Source: Alphaproteobacteria bacterium
GTDB taxonomy: Bacteria; Pseudomonadota; Alphaproteobacteria; Rs-D84
Reading direction: 5' to 3'
DNA length: 55,430 nt
Assembly: GCA_009783855.1 (NCBI GenBank)
Contig: WRCO01000003.1
Coordinates: 1-55,430, forward strand
Within the stretch, counting starts at the first letter, position 1, and each line of letters begins with the position of its first letter. Positions 10,285 through 19,358 of the stretch are shown piece after piece. The translations under genes and the position numbers were made by a program. Under the pieces are notes generated by a model. The model was not told the origin of the DNA. It did not search any database and saw only the letters and a list, made by a program, of their open reading frames with translations.

Positions 10285-11163
10285 CTAAACTCTGCATTCC
10301 GTCCGCTTCGGCTTCTGCGTAAATATGCCCCGTGGGCGAAGCCACAACAGGATGATAAATATCACAAACGCCACCAAATCGCGCCATTGCGACGCAAACA
10401 TCCAAACGCCGATATTCTCCGCGCCGGCAAGCACCATCGCGCCAAGATAAGCGCCAAGGATGGTCGGGCCGCCGATGATGGCCGCAATCATTCCTTTGAA
10501 TAAGATATTAAAGCCCATAAGCGGCTCCATACCCGTATCGTATCCGACGCACAATCCGTACGCGCCAAGAATTGCGCCGGCAATCACGGACACAATCATC
10601 ACCACGCGCGGGACATTTATGCCGACAAGGTTTGCCAAAGGCGGGCTGTCGTGAATCGCGCGAATGGTCTTGCCGAAAAACGTGCGTTGCAACATGAACG
10701 ACAATCCGCCAAGCACTATGGCGGCGAATCCGACTATGACAACCTGGGTCGTTGGGATTCCGGCGACCCTTGTGAAATCAAGCGCACGGCCAAGCGTTTG
10801 ATATTGCGGCCCGAACGCAAGATGAATCGCGCTTTCGAAAATTGTATAAAGCCCAAGCGATATGATAAGCAAAACCATCGGTGACGCGCCGGACGCGCGC
10901 ACGGGTTTGAAAATAAACGCTTCAAGCGCCCATGTGAATGCCGCGACAAGCACGATTACAATCGGCCATGCCGCCGTCACGCCGAATACCGGTATCAATG
11001 CGAACCCAAGATACGCGCCAAGCGCCACCGACGCGCCAAGGGTAAGGTTGAAAAACGGCGACACCCAATGCATAAGGCGGAACGCCATCGCCATAAGCGC
11101 GTACCCGCTGCCGATGATTAATGTATTAAGAAGCAATTGTTGTAACATTATTTGAATATCCAT
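10285..11163 (-). CDS. livH: Branched-chain amino acid ABC permease (LivH-like)
   Basis: Multi-TM protein with FGKTIRAIHDS...LANLVGINV and AAIIGG. Confidence 0.85.
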   Translation of the reverse strand: MDIQIMLQQLLLNTLIIGSGYALMAMAFRLMHWVSPFFNLTLGASVALGAYLGFALIPVFGVTAAWPIVIVLVAAFTWALEAFIFKPVRASGASPMVLLIISLGLYTIFESAIHLAFGPQYQTLGRALDFTRVAGIPTTQVVIVGFAAIVLGGLSFMLQRTFFGKTIRAIHDSPPLANLVGINVPRVVMIVSVIAGAILGAYGLCVGYDTGMEPLMGFNILFKGMIAAIIGGPTILGAYLGAMVLAGAENIGVWMFASQWRDLVAFVIFIILLWLRPRGIFTQKPKRTECRV

Positions 11164-11174
11164 AGTGGTCGGTG

Positions 11175-12296
11175 TTAGTGATAGGGTGTAGATGCTTTAT
11201 CCTGTTTACCGCCTCCACTACCACCTACCACTTTTCCATTTTCGATTCTGTACATAAGCATTGCCGATTGAAACGCGCCCGCATCCGTTATATCGTAATG
11301 CCCGGCGACGCCGTAATACGCGCGCATCCGTCGCATCTGTGCCGAAATATCTTCGGCGGATGGAATGTCGTCGGAATCAGACGCGGCGCGTTCGACAGCG
11401 GCGGCAAAGACCCGGACGCTGTCATAAAAATACGCCGCGAAGAAAGTCGACGCGCTTCTCATCCGTTCGACGAATTCGGTATTTCCCTGTGAATAGCTTA
11501 AGGTATAAACGCCTTCGAACAAAGAAAAGTCGTCCGTCACATTGGGCAGATTGAAATATACTTTTGTCCCGCCGACCTGTTGCATGTGCAATTCGCGCGC
11601 CAAGATATTAAGTCCCGGCGGCGAGGCGGAAATCACAATCAAATCCGGATTCCATTCCTTCATACGCCGGACAAGCATTGCGAAGTCGCGGTCGCCAAGA
11701 TTGCTGTCGAACCGTCGGACTTCCCCGGGCAGCTTGCCGTCCAGGCCTTCAAGAAGTTCAAGGGTGGTCCCGGAAATCTGAAACGCCAATGCAATCCTTT
11801 CGGGGTTTCTTGAATGTGCGAATTCCGAAAGTCCGCGGGTAATTTCGGCCGGCGTGGGAAAGAATGTAAAATTATAAACACCGTCAAGAACTTCGTGAAC
11901 GGGCGTGCCGTGAAGACCGATAAGCCCGTGCTGGATAATAAGCGGCGCTGTTGCGAACGCGCTTGGCGAAAACGCGGTTACAAGGGCGGAAACCCTGTTC
12001 CGCGCAATCATCTTGTTCGCGATGGAGACCGCTTGCCTTGCCTGATGTTGGTTGTCGTCGAAAATCGCCCGGTATGCGAACCGGTTGTCCGGATTGCCGT
12101 TGATGTCGGATATGGCGAAATTAATGGCGCGCCGGATGGCGTCCCCCATGTGTGCCATATCTCCGGAAAGCGGTAAAATCGCGCCGATTGTGACGACGGG
12201 CCGCGGGTCGGAAAATCGGTGCGCCGGACGAAGCACAAAAAGCGCCGCCACCGCAATTGCAATCACACCGATGATTATTAAAGCTTTTCTTTTCAT
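11175..12296 (-). CDS. ABC substrate-binding protein (paralog 4)
   Basis: TIGAILPLSGDMAHMG, FDDNQHQ. Confidence 0.85.
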   Translation of the reverse strand: MKRKALIIIGVIAIAVAALFVLRPAHRFSDPRPVVTIGAILPLSGDMAHMGDAIRRAINFAISDINGNPDNRFAYRAIFDDNQHQARQAVSIANKMIARNRVSALVTAFSPSAFATAPLIIQHGLIGLHGTPVHEVLDGVYNFTFFPTPAEITRGLSEFAHSRNPERIALAFQISGTTLELLEGLDGKLPGEVRRFDSNLGDRDFAMLVRRMKEWNPDLIVISASPPGLNILARELHMQQVGGTKVYFNLPNVTDDFSLFEGVYTLSYSQGNTEFVERMRSASTFFAAYFYDSVRVFAAAVERAASDSDDIPSAEDISAQMRRMRAYYGVAGHYDITDAGAFQSAMLMYRIENGKVVGGSGGGKQDKASTPYH

Positions 12297-13375
12297 TTTA
12301 TTTCTCCGTCTTTTATGTATCTGATAATGCTTCCTGGGAAAATCGTGCCTTTGTCGTTCATGGAAAGCCGGCCGTTTATGCCGTCGTATTCCGCGATTAT
12401 GCCAAGCAGGCGTTCGCGCAGATTTGTCGTATCCCGGCCGTATTTTTCAAACAGGCGGTGTATAATCATAACGTTGTCAAAGCTTAACGCGGCCGAAGCG
12501 TCCGCCACCCGGCCGCCGAATCGCACGGCGTATTTTTCGGCGAATTCTTCCGTACCGCTTGGAATATCGACAAAGAAATCATCGTTGAAAAGCGTCTTGT
12601 CCGGCGTGAACGCAAACAGATACAAAGTCGTAATTCTTCCCCGGAATCCCTGTTGACGCAATTCCCGCGCAAAAAGCGACAGTATAGGTTCATAAGTGTA
12701 CATCATGACGACGTCGGGATTTGTGGCGACGACGCGCGCGGCTTCCTGTCTGAATTGCCGTTCCGCGGGCGATAATCTTTCCGTTCCGACGATGCGTATG
12801 CCGGCTGTTTCCAATTCGGGCGTAAGGGCTCTCATGACCGCTTCGCCCGCCAAATGTTGAAACGATACAAGGGATATGGTTTCAAACCCCCGCTGTTTCA
12901 AATATCCGGCAAGCTGCCGCGACACCGAATCCAAATCGGAATTATGGTTAAACGTGGATTCGTTGTCGGACACGGCATAATCGGCGGAAAGCGAAATATG
13001 CAGAATCTCGTCGCGGCGAACCCTGTCCCGCAATGCGTGTCCCATTGCCGCGTTGCCGGACAACAGGACGTCTATTCTGTCGACATTTCGCAGCTTTTCA
13101 TAAACGACGATGCCGCGGGCCGCATCGAATCCGTCCTCTATCACGACACGGTATCTGTATCTGTTGTCCGGGTTGGAATTTATTTTTTCAAGCGCCATGA
13201 TAATGCCGGACCTTGCGGATGTTCCGATAACGGCGTTATTGCCGGACAGCGGCAGAATCGCGCCGATTGTGATAACGGGCCGCGCATCCGACGACAGATA
13301 CGCCGGACGCATCGCGACAAACGCCAAAGCGGCGATTGCAATCACGCCAATCATAATTAAAAGTTTTTTTCTCAC
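12293..13375 (-). CDS. ABC substrate-binding protein (paralog 5)
   Basis: TIGAILPLSGNNAVIG; GTG start after AAGGAG. Confidence 0.85.
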   Translation of the reverse strand: MRKKLLIMIGVIAIAALAFVAMRPAYLSSDARPVITIGAILPLSGNNAVIGTSARSGIIMALEKINSNPDNRYRYRVVIEDGFDAARGIVVYEKLRNVDRIDVLLSGNAAMGHALRDRVRRDEILHISLSADYAVSDNESTFNHNSDLDSVSRQLAGYLKQRGFETISLVSFQHLAGEAVMRALTPELETAGIRIVGTERLSPAERQFRQEAARVVATNPDVVMMYTYEPILSLFARELRQQGFRGRITTLYLFAFTPDKTLFNDDFFVDIPSGTEEFAEKYAVRFGGRVADASAALSFDNVMIIHRLFEKYGRDTTNLRERLLGIIAEYDGINGRLSMNDKGTIFPGSIIRYIKDGEIK

Positions 13376-13392
13376 ACCACTCCTTTACTGTT

Positions 13393-13410
13393 TGTCTACT
13401 ATAGTAGACA
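13393..13410. repeat. 18-bp perfect palindrome copy 4 (TGTCTACTATAGTAGACA)
   Basis: Upstream of paralog 5; period-7 array at 13412-13460. Confidence 0.9.
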
Positions 13411-13446
13411 ACTGTTAACTACGGCCCGTTGCCTGCTAACTACTGG

Positions 13447-14535
13447 CTAATAACTGACAAGCACCGGCCTGTTGTTCTCGATTCTATGCAGAACCGCGGA
13501 TGACAAGAACGCGCCGTGGTCTGTTATGTCTATGTGTCCGGCGACGCCTTCGTGCCGGCGAATTCTTTTCATCGCGGCCGAAATATCTTCGGCGGACGGT
13601 ATGGCGTCGGAATCGGACGCCGCCGTTTCGACAGCCTTTGCAAAAACAACTATGCCGTCATAAAAAAGAGGCGAGAAGAAAGTCACGGAACTTCCAATAC
13701 GTTCGATGAATTCGTCGTTTCCCTGGGATACGTCCACGCTGTACGCCCCTTCGAACAAAGAAAAATCGTCCGTCAATCCGACAAGCCCAAAGTGCAGCTG
13801 TGTCGCGCCGACCCGTTGCAAGTGCATTTCGCGGCCGAAAATATTCAACGCCGGCGGATTTATGCCGACGAAAATCAAATCCGGTTGAAATTCATTGATA
13901 CCGCGGACCATCATTGCGAAATCGCGGTCGCCGTCGTTGCTGTCGAATCTTCGGACTTCGCCCGGCAGATTTCCATGCAACCCTTCAAGAAGTTCAATGG
14001 TCGTTCCCGCGGGTTGAATCGACAAGGCAACCCTTTCGAAATTTCTTGATTTCGCGAATTCCGAAATGCTGCGGATAAATTCGGTCGACGCAGGCTGGAG
14101 AGTAAAATTATACACGCCGTCACGCGCGCCTATAACACCCGTGCCGTGAAGACCGATAATCTGGTTCCGGACAAGTACAGGCGCCGTCGCGTAAGCGTTT
14201 GCGGAAAACAGAGTCACCATGGCGGAGACCCTGTGCCTTGAAATCATCTTGTTGGCGATGGGCACCGTAAGTCTGGTCTGCATTTGATTGTCTTCGAAAA
14301 CCGCGTGGTATACGAACCGGTTGTCCGGGTTTTTATTGACGTCTTCGATTGCAAAGTCGATGGCTTTTCGTATCATCTGTCCCATGTGCGCCATATTTCC
14401 GGAAAGCGGAAGAATCACGCCAATCCGCACCACAGGCCGCGGGTCGGACGGCATATAAGCCGGCCGAAGGGCAAACAGCCCCGCCGCAAGAATTGCAGCC
14501 ACCCCAGCAATTATCAAAAGTTTTTTTCTTTTCAT
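13447..14535 (-). CDS. ABC substrate-binding protein (paralog 6, close to paralog 4)
   Basis: RIGVILPLSGNMAHMG, FEDNQMQ. Confidence 0.85.
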   Translation of the reverse strand: MKRKKLLIIAGVAAILAAGLFALRPAYMPSDPRPVVRIGVILPLSGNMAHMGQMIRKAIDFAIEDVNKNPDNRFVYHAVFEDNQMQTRLTVPIANKMISRHRVSAMVTLFSANAYATAPVLVRNQIIGLHGTGVIGARDGVYNFTLQPASTEFIRSISEFAKSRNFERVALSIQPAGTTIELLEGLHGNLPGEVRRFDSNDGDRDFAMMVRGINEFQPDLIFVGINPPALNIFGREMHLQRVGATQLHFGLVGLTDDFSLFEGAYSVDVSQGNDEFIERIGSSVTFFSPLFYDGIVVFAKAVETAASDSDAIPSAEDISAAMKRIRRHEGVAGHIDITDHGAFLSSAVLHRIENNRPVLVSY

Positions 14536-14554
14536 AATATTCCCTTATGTTTGT

Positions 14555-14572
14555 TGTCTACTATAGTAGACA
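14555..14572. repeat. 18-bp perfect palindrome copy 5
   Basis: Upstream of paralog 6; period-7 array at 14581-14625. Confidence 0.9.
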
Positions 14573-14622
14573 TCTTTTTTATAATTGCCAATCACTGGTC
14601 GCTGATTACTGGTAACTGATAA

Positions 14623-15360
14623 CTACACCCCAAGATACGCTTCCTGTACTTGTTTGTTTTTTAATACCGTCGCGGGCTTTCCGGCCGCAAGCAATTGCCC
14701 GTGGTCAAGCACGATGATGTTATCACACAACCGGCGGATAAGTCCGATATTATGTTCGATAATCACAAGTGTTTTGCCCATGCCGCGAAGTTCGGAAAGT
14801 AATTCGACAATCTGTTCTATTACCGCGGGAAATAATCCCGTAAAAGGTTCGTCCAAAAGATAGACATCCGCATCCTGAATCATCGCGCGGCCAAGTTCCA
14901 AAAGCTTGCGCTGACCATACGAAAGCGATTCCGCCAAATCGTCCCGATGTTCGGACAGATGGATTTTTTTCAAAATAACCTCAACACGATGCAGGGGCGT
15001 GCCGCGTGCGCCCATAAATTCGCAAAGACCTGAAACTATTCCCGTATTCGCAATCGCAAGCAAAAGATTGTCGCGAACAGACATTTGATTTACCAATCGC
15101 CCGTCTTGGAAAGTCCGCGCGATTTTAAGCCCGCGCAATGCCGTCGGCTCAATCTGTTCGAATTTTTCGCCGCCGATAATAATTTCTCCGCAATCCGGCA
15201 CAAGCGTTCCGGTAAAAAGGTTCATAAGCGTGGTCTTGCCACTTCCGTTCGGTCCGATAAGTCCCGTGGCGACGCCCACAGGAATTGCAACGGACAGCCC
15301 GTCAACCGCGCGCAGCCCGCCGAAAGTTTTTGTTAAATGTTTTACTTCAATTGCGTTCAT
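14623..15360 (-). CDS. livG: Branched-chain amino acid ABC ATP-binding protein (LivG-like)
   Basis: FGGLRAVDGLS, GPNGSGKTT, ARTFQ, LSYGQRKLLELGRA, VQEAYLG. Confidence 0.88.
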   Translation of the reverse strand: MNAIEVKHLTKTFGGLRAVDGLSVAIPVGVATGLIGPNGSGKTTLMNLFTGTLVPDCGEIIIGGEKFEQIEPTALRGLKIARTFQDGRLVNQMSVRDNLLLAIANTGIVSGLCEFMGARGTPLHRVEVILKKIHLSEHRDDLAESLSYGQRKLLELGRAMIQDADVYLLDEPFTGLFPAVIEQIVELLSELRGMGKTLVIIEHNIGLIRRLCDNIIVLDHGQLLAAGKPATVLKNKQVQEAYLGV

Positions 15361-15373
15361 TTTCCGTTTTTCC

Positions 15374-15423
15374 CGCAGGGGCGCAATATCTTGGGCCCCG
15401 GGTCTTCGATATTCGACCCCTAC
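15374..15423. repeat. GTAG-type REP-like hairpin between livM and livG
   Basis: Minus strand GTAGGGGTCGAATATC...GATATTGCGCCCCTGC; it supplies the livM TAG stop. Confidence 0.65.
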
Positions 15424-16286
15424 ATCCTATATTTGCCCAAAAATCCCTTTGGCTTGAATACCATCATAATTATCAATGTCGCGCCGTAAATCACCTGTTG
15501 CAACTGTGCCGCGATTGTATGGGGCAGGCCAAGAAACCGCAAAACTTCGGGCAAAGAGATAAGGATAATCGCGCCAAGCACCGCTCCACGGCTTGATGAA
15601 AGTCCGCCGATGATAATGATTGTAAAAAGGAATATGCTTTCATGCACTTGGAACGTTGACGGGTCAATAAAGGCAATATAGCTTGCAAACAATCCGCCCG
15701 CAATTCCGGCGATGGCGGCGCCAAGTATAAAGACAAGGCTTTTCATCTTCGCCACCGGGTATCCCAAAACTGCGGCAAGCTGTTCGTCTTCGCGGATGGC
15801 TTTAAGGCCACGGCCGAACGACGACCGGTCGAACCATTCATAAAGCGCGAATACGATTGCAAGAACAACAAGGCACAACATAAAATATTCGGCGTTGCTT
15901 TCGATGACGCTGCCGAATATTTCCGGCTTTGGAATTCCAAAGATGCCAAGCGGCCCGCGGGTCAAATCTTTCCAGTTCATCAAAAGGGAAAAAACTATGA
16001 TTGAAAGCCCGGCGGAAACGATGGCGTAATAATCTCCGCGCCACCTTGCAAGGATTCGTCCGACAACCCCCGCCGCCGCGATGTTTATAATCACGCCAAG
16101 GAACAGCGCCGGAAAAAACCCAAGCCCAAGCGCGGTCATCCCAAGCGCCGTCGCATACGCGCCGATTCCGTAAAACGCCGCCTGGGCAAGCGATAACATC
16201 CCCGCCATTCCGACGACCATATTCAACGACAGCGCAAGCACGCCGTAAATAGAAAACAAAATCCCAAGATTTAACAGATATTCCAT
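15420..16286 (-). CDS. livM: Branched-chain amino acid ABC permease (LivM-like)
   Basis: GMLSLAQAAFYGIGAY, LTRGPLGI, FGRGLKAIREDE. Likely ATG 16286 within ORF 15420..16328. Confidence 0.88.
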   Translation of the reverse strand: MEYLLNLGILFSIYGVLALSLNMVVGMAGMLSLAQAAFYGIGAYATALGMTALGLGFFPALFLGVIINIAAAGVVGRILARWRGDYYAIVSAGLSIIVFSLLMNWKDLTRGPLGIFGIPKPEIFGSVIESNAEYFMLCLVVLAIVFALYEWFDRSSFGRGLKAIREDEQLAAVLGYPVAKMKSLVFILGAAIAGIAGGLFASYIAFIDPSTFQVHESIFLFTIIIIGGLSSSRGAVLGAIILISLPEVLRFLGLPHTIAAQLQQVIYGATLIIMMVFKPKGFLGKYRM

Positions 16287-16326
16287 TGCCCCGCGATTAT
16301 AGGGGCAAAGCCACGGGGAACTCAAC

Positions 16327-16354
16327 AAAAAAACGCCCCGGCGGGGCGTTTTTT
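16327..16354. terminator. Rho-independent terminator
   Basis: A-run, CGCCCC-GGC-GGGGCG hairpin, T-run. Confidence 0.8.
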
Positions 16355-16355
16355 A

Positions 16356-16856
16356 TCAGGACTGGGAATTCTGATTCCTGCCTTGGCCATCTTGATTTCT
16401 GCGGCCGCTGTCGCGTCCACCTCCATCGCCGGCATTGTTGTCTGGCGTTTCGGCTTCGGGTGTGGGCTCGGTCGGTCTTCGCCCTCTGTTATCCGACGGT
16501 CGGTTGTTATTGCGTGGACCCTGATATTCGGGTTCAGGCACCGGGGATTCCTGAACCGGTCTGTTATTTCTGTTGCGTTGCGGGCGGGGCGGGGTGTCTT
16601 TCTCCGGCACAGCTTTTTCCGGCACAGCTTCGACGGGCGGTGCGGGTACGGCCGGCACAACAATTATATTATTGTTATTGATAACTGCAGGCTGGGGGGC
16701 CGGTTGCCGTCGCGGTTGGCGAGGCGGGCGGACGGGCTGTTGCGCAACAACCGTTTCAGTCACCGGCCGGGGCGCGGGCTGATGCCCGCAGTCAGTGCAA
16801 GTTACGCAGCCGGCAAGAATAATTACAAAGGTGATTGGCAGGAATTTTCCAAGCAT
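16356..16856 (-). CDS. Pro/Arg-rich putative lipoprotein
   Basis: MLGKFLPITFVIILAGC lipobox followed by a low-complexity tail. ATG 16856 lies within ORF 16356..16889. Confidence 0.7.
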   Translation of the reverse strand: MLGKFLPITFVIILAGCVTCTDCGHQPAPRPVTETVVAQQPVRPPRQPRRQPAPQPAVINNNNIIVVPAVPAPPVEAVPEKAVPEKDTPPRPQRNRNNRPVQESPVPEPEYQGPRNNNRPSDNRGRRPTEPTPEAETPDNNAGDGGGRDSGRRNQDGQGRNQNSQS

Positions 16857-16905
16857 GATTTTTCCTTTTTTTTTAAGATGCGCTAGCAAGTTTATTTTTA
16901 ATTTT

Positions 16906-17442
16906 CTATTCGACGTCCGCCGCGACGCGCATCCTTATAATCGTATCCGGATTGTCCACCGCGCCGTTATTTTCCGAAGTGCCCGCCCTTATCATGTCCA
17001 CGAATTCCATTCCGGATGTCACCCGGCCGAACGCGGTGTATTGGTTGTCAAGGAACCGCGCGTTGTCGAACACTATAAAGAACTGGCTGTCGGCGCTGTT
17101 CGGGTCTTGGGCACGCGCCATCGACACCACTCCGCGTACGTGCGGCGTGTTGTTGAATTCCGCCGCAAGCATTTGCCCCGAACCGCCCCTTCCGGTTCCG
17201 GTCGGGTCCCCGGTCTGTGCCATAAAGCCCGGTATCACGCGATGAAACGGCGCGCCGTCATAGAATCCCGCGCGCGTTAGTTCTTTTATGCGCCGGACGT
17301 GGTTTGGCGCGACGGCGGGATTTAATTCAATCACCACGCGTCCGTCTTTCAAGTCCAGATATATTGTGTTTTCTCTGTCCATTGCGTTTGCTCCTGTTGC
17401 TGTTAAGAAAATTGCGAGAATCGCAATCAGAATTTTGTGCAT
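16906..17442 (-). CDS. Cyclophilin-type peptidyl-prolyl cis-trans isomerase with signal peptide
   Basis: GFYDGAPFHRVIPGFMAQTGDP, SMARAQDPNSADSQFFI. ATG 17442. Confidence 0.93.
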   Translation of the reverse strand: MHKILIAILAIFLTATGANAMDRENTIYLDLKDGRVVIELNPAVAPNHVRRIKELTRAGFYDGAPFHRVIPGFMAQTGDPTGTGRGGSGQMLAAEFNNTPHVRGVVSMARAQDPNSADSQFFIVFDNARFLDNQYTAFGRVTSGMEFVDMIRAGTSENNGAVDNPDTIIRMRVAADVE

Positions 17443-17659
17443 TTCCACTCTCCTTTTTTGTTCCTTGGAAACATAGCCTTTTTTGTGCCGCTGCCGCAAG
17501 TAAAAATATGAATAAAAGAAAACTTGCATTCGTTGAAGTTATTTGCTATGTTAATCCCGTCCAGTATACGTGAAATTAAAAAATCCCGTACGTGAAAATT
17601 CGCGCCGCGTCACTTTCGTCGCATGTTTTTCGTACGCTTTTTCAATAAGGATAAATAAA

Positions 17660-19249
17660 ATGAATATGTATCAATTGCTTGAAAAGACAGCAAAAAAATT
17701 CCCAGAAAACGTGTTTTTGGCACGCGAAGGGCTAACCTATCCGGAATTCATCGAATTGGTGAAATCCCGCGCGGCATCGTTTGCCGCCCAGGGTGTAAAG
17801 AAAGGCGACACGGTCGGCCTTCTTGCTCCGAATATCATGGAATGGCCGCTTTCGCTGTTTGCGGTGTGGTATCTTGGCGGCCGCGTGCTGTTGCTTGACA
17901 CCAACCTTACTTCGTTTGAATACGACAATATGGCGGAATTGACGGGTTGCAAACTTGTTGTTGCGACGAAGTCGTTCTTTTATAAATCTGCGAATTTCAA
18001 ATTCTATGATATTACGACAAAAGACGCGGTGCTTCGGGACGGCGCAAAAGTTCCGCCCCCGGCGGATGTAAAAAGCGACGACGTCGCGACGCTGTCGTTT
18101 ACATCGGGTTCGACGGGGATTCCGAAAATCGTGCCGCTGACGCACTTTAACCTGACCAAATGCGCGGCGTCGCTGCAGGATTTCGAATATGCGTTCAAAG
18201 ACACGGATATCGTGTACGGGTTTCTGCCGTTGTACCATATATTCGGGTTTGCGGCCGGATTCTTGTTGACGCTGCATTTTGGCGCATCCATATTGCTGCA
18301 GCCGACGATTGACCCGAAAATGATACTGGCGGACTTCAAGGAATTCCGCCCCCATGTCATCCCGGCCGTGCCGCGGGTGTTCGAACTGTTCCGCGGAAAA
18401 ATCCTGGACGGATTGAAACAGAAAAGACTGTTGGGATTTGCAAGTTTTGTATTGCGGAACAACAAGCTGTTGTCCGCTATCGGCCTGGGCTTTCTGGTGC
18501 GGAAAATCCAGGGCAAGATTCTGGACGTGTTCGGCGGACGCGCGCGATTGCTGATTGCGGGCGGCGCGGCGACCAAACCGGAAGTGGAAGATTTTTATCA
18601 AAATCTGGGGCTTTTGTTCACCCAAGGATACGGCCTTACCGAAACGGTCGGGCCCATCTGCGGTTCGCACCCGCGACCGGGCCGCCAGCCGTATTCGTTC
18701 GGCGGTCCGCTGTCGGGCAACGAATGCGAAATGCGCAACGTGAATACCGAAGGTGTCGGAACCCTGTGGGTGCGCGGGAACAACGTGTTCAGCGGATACC
18801 TTAACAACCCCGAAGCCACCGCCGAAGTTTTCGACGAAAACGGATGGTTTAATACCGGCGACTTGGTGTCCAAGGATAAAAACGGCGAATACCGTTTCCG
18901 CGGACGCAAGAAACAAGTCATCGTGCTTGATTCCGGCAAAAACGTATATCCCGACGAACTTGAAGGATTGTACATAACCCTTCCGGGAGTCAAGAACGTT
19001 GCGGTGTTTGAACACGAAATAAACGGCAAGACCATTGCATACGCCGTGTTCAGCGTCGAAGACAACGTGGATTTGCAATCGCTTGGCGTGTTTATTGCGG
19101 GCGCCAATAAAAAGATTGCAAGTTATAAATGGGTGACGCATTTTGCGATAACGACGGACGAACTTCCGCTTACATCGACAAAGAAAGTGCGCCATCACGT
19201 CGTTCGCGAAAAACTTATCGCGGGCGAATATCCGAAGCGCAAAGAATAA
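17660..19249 (+). CDS. Long-chain fatty-acid--CoA ligase (AMP-binding)
   Basis: FTSGSTGIPK, QGYGLTET, GWFNTGDL, GKNVYPDELE. Likely ATG 17660. Confidence 0.9.
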   Translation: MNMYQLLEKTAKKFPENVFLAREGLTYPEFIELVKSRAASFAAQGVKKGDTVGLLAPNIMEWPLSLFAVWYLGGRVLLLDTNLTSFEYDNMAELTGCKLVVATKSFFYKSANFKFYDITTKDAVLRDGAKVPPPADVKSDDVATLSFTSGSTGIPKIVPLTHFNLTKCAASLQDFEYAFKDTDIVYGFLPLYHIFGFAAGFLLTLHFGASILLQPTIDPKMILADFKEFRPHVIPAVPRVFELFRGKILDGLKQKRLLGFASFVLRNNKLLSAIGLGFLVRKIQGKILDVFGGRARLLIAGGAATKPEVEDFYQNLGLLFTQGYGLTETVGPICGSHPRPGRQPYSFGGPLSGNECEMRNVNTEGVGTLWVRGNNVFSGYLNNPEATAEVFDENGWFNTGDLVSKDKNGEYRFRGRKKQVIVLDSGKNVYPDELEGLYITLPGVKNVAVFEHEINGKTIAYAVFSVEDNVDLQSLGVFIAGANKKIASYKWVTHFAITTDELPLTSTKKVRHHVVREKLIAGEYPKRKE

Positions 19250-19358
19250 CGGAAGAGGGCGCAAGAACAACAATCCCGGCGACTTGGTTTTCGCCGGGAT
19301 TGTTATTGCTATCAAGGTCGTAAAATGATAGAATACATGCAAATTGGGGGGGGACAGG

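Noticed and set aside
7826-14572. CRISPR array or integron
   Set aside because: The palindromes are ~1.1 kb apart with whole genes between them. There are no cas genes, no integrase and no RYYYAAC/GTTRRRY attC architecture.
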